Of a stretch of DNA of 64,000 nt, positions 58,199-64,000 are shown piece by piece. Source of the stretch: Octopus vulgaris. Lineage: Eukaryota. The stretch spans positions 196,106,001 to 196,170,000 of the forward strand of contig OX597815.1 in assembly GCA_951406725.2 (NCBI GenBank), written 5' to 3'. Every line of letters starts with the position of its first letter. Position 1 is the first letter of the stretch. The notes under the pieces are model-generated. The model searched no databases and was not told where the DNA came from. It was given only the letters and a program-made list of their open reading frames with translations. The position numbers and the translations under genes are program-made.

Positions 58199-58243
58199 CG
58201 GTGAAACTTTATGAGAACAATGGACATATTAAGCAACAGTTTT
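57841..58243. repeat. ~55-bp inverted repeat arms flanking (TA)n and a nested insert
   Basis: aaaactgttgcttaatatgtccattgttct ... agaacaatggacatattaagcaacagtttt. Confidence 0.85.
57962..58152 (-). mobile_element. Short Penelope-derived insert with hammerhead-like motif (58052-58086)
   Basis: GTTT-CCGACGA-A-GAGC tcc GCTC-GAAAC-GTT-AAAC; homologous to 925-1122; between (TA)n tracts. Confidence 0.65.
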
Positions 58244-58370
58244 CTCCTTGTTATAGAAAACCTTACATTGGCCTTTATACGAAAGATTTATAATTAGTAA
58301 ATCTTCAAATATTGTAACTCTAAGGAGTGTTAGACCTCAATGAAACTGTAATTACGAATACTTGTTTAGG

Positions 58371-58600
58371 ATATTCTGTTGTGTCTGGGGCGAGTCATTT
58401 TCTTTTTGTGCCTTATAATTTAACACACTCACCGGTAAAATTTCCACTTGACTCTTGAGTCAAGACTATTGAAAAGGTTGCAAGACGCGACGAAAATTTT
58501 AGGAAAATAAAAATAAGAAGTAAGTGGAAATTTTACCGGTAAGTGTGTTAAATTATAAGGCACAAAAAGAAAATGACTTTCCCCAGACACAACAGAATAT
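58371..58600. repeat. 79-bp inverted repeat with 72-bp spacer
   Basis: 58371-58449 is the near-perfect reverse complement of 58522-58600. Confidence 0.9.
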
Positions 58601-59054
58601 GCTTCAACACACGAAGTCATATAAAAAATCTTGCAAACCAAATCCAAAACTTAAATGTTTAGGATATATTTTTCTTAAAATTCTATATCATTTTTTCACT
58701 GTTCCTTAATGTTCTAAACATTATGTTAAATATCATGTAGGTTATGATAATGAAACAATAATACGCGCCTAGTGTAAATTGTATTAGCTTAGCAACTGAT
58801 GTAGTTATAGTTACAGAGCTAATATTCTGGGAAAAAGCCAGAACATTTTTACCTCTTTGGAATTAGAAAAGCAAATGAGTCATAAGCAAAATTGAAAAGA
58901 AGATAAAGACGGTAGAAATGGCAGCGGATCGACGTGCAGTATGTTTGTAGATATATGGCGAATTAAAAATAAAGAATTAAAAATTAAATTCATAATTTAT
59001 ACGACTGTGACTTTTATGGTGTTCTTGTAACATGTATACTTGGATGAAACAAGG

Positions 59055-59095
<41 letters not shown>

Positions 59096-59150
59096 AGTGT
59101 GTGTGTGTGTGTCTGCTCACACTCAGAATACTTTCACACACACATACACA

Positions 59151-59212
<62 letters not shown>

Positions 59213-59224
59213 ATTCCAAAATAC

Positions 59225-59447
59225 GGCGAGCTGGCAGAAACGTTAGCACTCCGGGCGAAATGCGTAGCCGTATTTCGTCTGTCGTTACGTTCCGAGTTCA
59301 AATTTCGCCGAGGTCGACTTTGCCTTTCATCCTTTCGGGGTCGATAAATTAAGTACCAGTTACGCACTGGTGTCGATATAATCGACTTAATCCAGTTGTC
59401 TGTCCTTGTTTGTCCCCTCTGTGTTTAGCCCCTTGTGGGTAGTAAAG

Positions 59448-59450
<3 letters not shown>
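59225..59450 (+). mobile_element. SINE family B monomer
   Basis: Head plus one body. Confidence 0.9.
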
Positions 59451-59530
<80 letters not shown>

Positions 59531-59549
59531 CATTCATGTATATATAGAG

Positions 59550-59585
<36 letters not shown>

Positions 59586-59964
59586 GCAGCTATGGTAGTG
59601 AGGTTAAAACGTTGGGATCACAACCACCAGGATTCGCTTCAAGTCACACGGCGCGGTATCTTGGACAACTGTTACTTACTATACCCATGGGCCAATATCT
59701 CGTGGAGGAATTTCATACAAAGGGAACTTTGTAGAAATCAGACATGCATACACACGCAAACACACACATACACACGCACATGCACACGCGCACACACACA
59801 CATGCAGAAACACACATCCACATGCACACTCTCTCAATCTCTTTCTCACATACATTAACAAAAGCGTATATATATATATATATGTATGTATGTATATACA
59901 TATATTTCTATCTATCGATCTATCTATCTGAGGTTAGTGTATATACTGATAAATTCTTCTACTT

Positions 59965-60017
<53 letters not shown>

Positions 60018-60029
60018 CGTGTGTGTGTG

Positions 60030-60092
<63 letters not shown>

Positions 60093-60093
60093 G

Positions 60094-60124
<31 letters not shown>

Positions 60125-60969
60125 GAATCCCCTCTCTCACGCTCATAGTTAAGTTTGTGATTGCGTGTTTTCTGAATGTCAGATACGTCACTTGAGATAA
60201 GAAACATCTATCTAGGTCTATTACATCCACCTCACGATGCGGTCTGAAGGAAAGTCAAGTCGTTTGCAGATCTCAGCAGACGTATCTTTCCTCATCTTTC
60301 GCAAAGAGCCGAGGCATCCAAACACCTCTACAGTTTAGTATTTAGTCAGACACACGAAAGATTTAGTAACCTTGACTCTTATATTACTGACGACCCAGAA
60401 AAGACTTCAGGCAAAGTTGTCGCAGTAATATTGTCAGAACACAGATATTCGGATCAAATTCGGCAGGGTTTTTTATCCAACGCTCTAACTTCGCTGCTAA
60501 TTTGGTGACCAGAAATGCAATGTAAATAGGTTTGCTTGTAAGTGTAGTATTTCCTCATATCTTCCTGTAATCATATAACTATGTGATGCAAATTAAAAGC
60601 TAACCATACTTTCAACATCCAATGTGGAAACCTGATTTTCAGGAAGCATTTTATTATATATGTAACATTTTAAATTAATGATATGAACAGTCAAGTGTCT
60701 GCAACCTTTAATTGGTTCAATACCATTACATTTCCTAAATTTAGTGTAACTTATATGTTTTCAAATTTGGTGTCATTTTAGGAGTTGAGATGCTAAATAT
60801 TTTGAATTTAAACCGCGCTGAGTTTCGTTTGCCCTTCATCTCTCGTGGCCAATCATGTACTGGGCGTTAACTTCAACACTGACAGATTTATATTCATTAA
60901 GCTAATGTGACATTTCTTCAGTACATATGACAAATAAGCCACAATTTATTAAGCACATATATTAATTTC

Positions 60970-61172
60970 AGATTTTTAGCACAATGCCAGCAATTTCTGG
61001 GAATGAGAGTTAGTCAAATACATCGACCACTGTGTTCAACTGATACTTATTTTATCGACCCTGAAATGGTAAAAGGAAAAGTGGACCTCGGCGAAATTTA
61101 AACCCAGAACTTGAAGGCGGAAGAAATGCCGCATTTTGCTCGTCATGCTAACGATTTTGCCAAATCACCGCA
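60970..61172 (-). mobile_element. Diverged SINE family B, alternative tail
   Basis: Degenerate match to 15910-16100. Confidence 0.6.
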
Positions 61173-61701
61173 TTATTATCCGCGTTTATAAAACACATAT
61201 AGACTACAGGAATACAGTGATTTTCTTACAAGTAGCACACTGCAGTATTTTGAGTTCAAACTGTTCTGGGTCACATGTTTGTTATCACTCGCCAAAATTG
61301 TGATTTAGTAAAATTTTGTGGTTGCTTTGTGGTAGCTATCTTGTGAGTCTAATGCTCGCGACATTATTTCAGTATGTTTAATAGTATTTTGATATGAAAT
61401 TGATATACCCAGATCAAGTGCATCAAATCTAACCAAGTACAAGTACAATTGTCTAGATGCTTACTTGTAAGCAGTTCGGCGTAGAAATATGCTAACCCAA
61501 TTATTCATAGTAGAGCTCGGAAATTTTAGAAAATACAAATGACAGGTAATAATACAAAGTATGTCGTTTGTTATTCGATAAACTGAAAGCTGCACGCTTT
61601 CGTTCTCTTTTTTCTTTGATTGTTGCTTTCTTTCTGACTTTCTTCCTTTCATCTTCCTTTCTTTCCTAACATACTTGCGCATGCATAAACACATATACAA
61701 A

Positions 61702-61782
<81 letters not shown>

Positions 61783-61930
61783 ATATGTTACAATTACTCA
61801 GTAGTCAAGATAAAACTCTGAGTTTCAGATGCCGAAGTGGAAATCCACAAATTTCCTCTATTTACATAATATTGAGGTCTCTTTCTTTCTTTTGTTATCT
61901 TACCGTTTTTACCAATATATATATATATAT

Positions 61931-62137
61931 AGTTGAAATTTACTGAAAAACAGAAAAACAAAAGACGAAGACAGGTATATATTCAACAAGCAGGTGTATT
62001 AGTTTGACGTTCGGGATGACGAGAAAGACTTTTACGTTTCGAGCCTACGCTCTTCAACGGAAAGGAACACGAGGAAATATACAGAGAGAGAAATAAAAAC
62101 CAAAAACTTTTAGAGTTAGCGGTCAATCATGGCTGTC
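61931..62137 (-). mobile_element. Penelope pLTR-like unit with hammerhead-like motif (62029-62064)
   Basis: CTTT-CCGTTGA-A-GAGC gtag GCTC-GAAAC-GTA-AAAG; homologous to 62225-62415. Confidence 0.6.
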
Positions 62138-62147
62138 AATATATATG

Positions 62148-62224
<77 letters not shown>

Positions 62225-62226
<2 letters not shown>

Positions 62227-63350
62227 AGGTTTCACAAAAAAAAACAACAAAAGACGAAGACAGTTGGTGTAGACAACAAACAGATGTATTTGTACAACGC
62301 TCGGGAAGTGAAAAAGTCTTTAACGTTTCAAGCCTACGCTCTTCCGCAGAAAGGAACAGAGAAAGAAACAAGGAGAGAACATAAATAATGTGTTTTGGCT
62401 AGCTATCTATCATGGCGAATGCCGGACAGAAGGGTCACACGGCAGAGCTAGGGAGAAGGGGAGATAATAAAGTAGTTGTGATCCCAAAACGAAGGTGCGT
62501 CCGTGTGTATAAGAGAGTTTGTATGTGCATGTGGAAGAGGGCTGGTGATCTTGACGTGTGCGTGTGTGTATGTGTAGGTGTGAAAATGTGGGTCTGGGAA
62601 GTGGTCAGTGCTGATGAGTGCGTGTTGAGATGTGATGTGTTGTGTGGTATACAAATACATATAGATACGTATGTACATACATATATAGATACATTTACAT
62701 ATATACGTGTACACTTGTGGATTGTAAAGTTTCATGCTTATATTGTTATTCAGATACTGTTCTGTTTTAGTATATGAGGTTTAAACTCAGCGGTTTTAAT
62801 CCGGATTGTTTGCTAAAGTTTGCTTTAGTTAGGCATGGCATAGATTGTAGTATGTGAATATGTTTTTAACTGTATGCACGCATCTGGGCAATTCTTCCGT
62901 AAATTGTATAATGCGCTTCGTTGTTAACGATATGGAAAGTGACTCTACGGGACATAGATGGTATTTCCGGGATAACGTGTTAAAGGAACTCGCGTGTCTA
63001 ATAATGGACAAGGTTAGGTGATATTTTGCCTTCTCTTCATTTAATCCCCAGATAAAAATCAGCAACTGATATTACATGGCGTTTAAGGATTTTTCGAAAA
63101 CTGGTAATGTGGTTACGATATCGATTTTTAAAAATATCGGCCGATAAACCGATATATACATAGGAACCTGCTCTAGTTTGTACTGTGCAATTATACACCA
63201 AATTTCTGATCATGCAATGATTGTCCAAGGGACATTTGGATCTGTCTCTGCATGGGGATAACAGGATGGTTGTTTTGCTTGCTTGTGTTTAGCGATCGCT
63301 AGATGAATTGCTTATATTCAGTATATTCGTGGTCATTGTTATCATAATAA
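62225..63350 (-). mobile_element. Penelope-like retroelement 3' end (endonuclease remnant, 3' UTR, hammerhead-bearing terminus)
   Basis: GIY-YIG remnant followed on the same strand by CTTT-CTGCGGA-A-GAGC gtag GCTT-GAAAC-GTT-AAAG (62318-62353), ending in (TA)n. Confidence 0.75.
62850..63255 (-). pseudogene. Penelope-type GIY-YIG endonuclease, frameshifted
   Basis: CRDRSKCPLDNHCMIRNLVYNCTVQTRAGSYVYIGLSADIFKNRYRNHITSF then IWGLNEEKAKYHLTLSIIRHASSFNTLSRKYHLC..ESL. Confidence 0.85.
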
Positions 63351-63444
63351 AAGTCTAATACGAAATCCATCTCCTACTTTTAATTAACACTATATATATA
63401 TATTGTATATATTGTTGCGTTTTGTGAAATCGAATGTTAATTCC

Positions 63445-63600
63445 TGGCCAGTGTCTTCTACTATAGCCTCGGGCCGACCAATGCCTTGTGAGTGGATTTG
63501 GTAGACGGAAACTGAAAGAAGCCAATCGTATATATGTATATATATATATATATGCGTGTGTGTGTTTGTGTGTGTATGGTGTGTGTGTTTGTGTGTCAAT
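63445..63600 (+). mobile_element. SINE family A internal fragment
   Basis: GTGTCTTCTACTATAGCCTCGGGCCGACC...GAAACTGAAAGAAGCC then (TA)n(TG)n. Confidence 0.8.
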
Positions 63601-63769
63601 ATTTTGTCTGGATGCAAATGAACGCAACGAGAATGTAAGAGAAATAAAAAGAAAAGAAGAAGCAAAATATAAGGTGACTCTAAATTCATACTGAAGCAAA
63701 TAAAGTGAGAGATAACTCGATGTGTGTATGCGTATGTGTGTGTTAGTATTTGTGAGTGAGAGAGTGTTC

Positions 63770-64000
63770 GGTTTGTATATATGCAGGCGTAAACACTGAC
63801 AGTCAACACGTTGATAATATTGATATATGTGATGATGATGATGATGATGATGGTTGTGGTAGTGGTGGAAGTAGTGCTGAGAGTGACGATAGTGAGGTTG
63901 ATGACAACCACCACCGATGCTAAGATAGTGAGGATAGTGAAGTTGAAGTTTGTAATAGTCGTGGTTTGTATATATGCAGGCGTAAACACTGACAGTCAAC
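63770..64000 (+). repeat. 38-bp direct repeat, period ~193 bp (cut by window edge)
   Basis: ggtttgtatatatgcaggcgtaaacactgacagtcaac at 63770-63807 and 63963-64000. Confidence 0.8.

Overview
AT-rich, microsatellite-dense animal (non-prokaryotic) genomic DNA with no intact protein-coding gene. The SINE repertoire and (TA)n/(CA)n/(TATC)n load suggest an octopus/cephalopod intergenic or intronic region (inference). Almost all ORFs in the track are translations of simple repeats or SINEs. Supported content: four tRNA-derived SINE families (about 35 full or partial copies, many with visible target-site duplications), three non-autonomous Helitron copies, a decayed 1.2 kb Tc1-like transposon with DD36E spacing, an RTE LINE 3' fragment, a Penelope-like (GIY-YIG) retroelement 3' end, a 1.5 kb (TA)n tract and an adjacent 1.58 kb tandem duplication. 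Most interesting: (1) a dispersed family of short Penelope-derived inserts sitting in (TA)n tracts that carry minimal hammerhead-ribozyme folds with a covarying stem I; (2) SINE head-(body)n multimers that share one breakpoint in a hairpin loop and are bounded by a single TSD pair, including a heterotrimer; (3) a DD36E/Incomer-like transposon.
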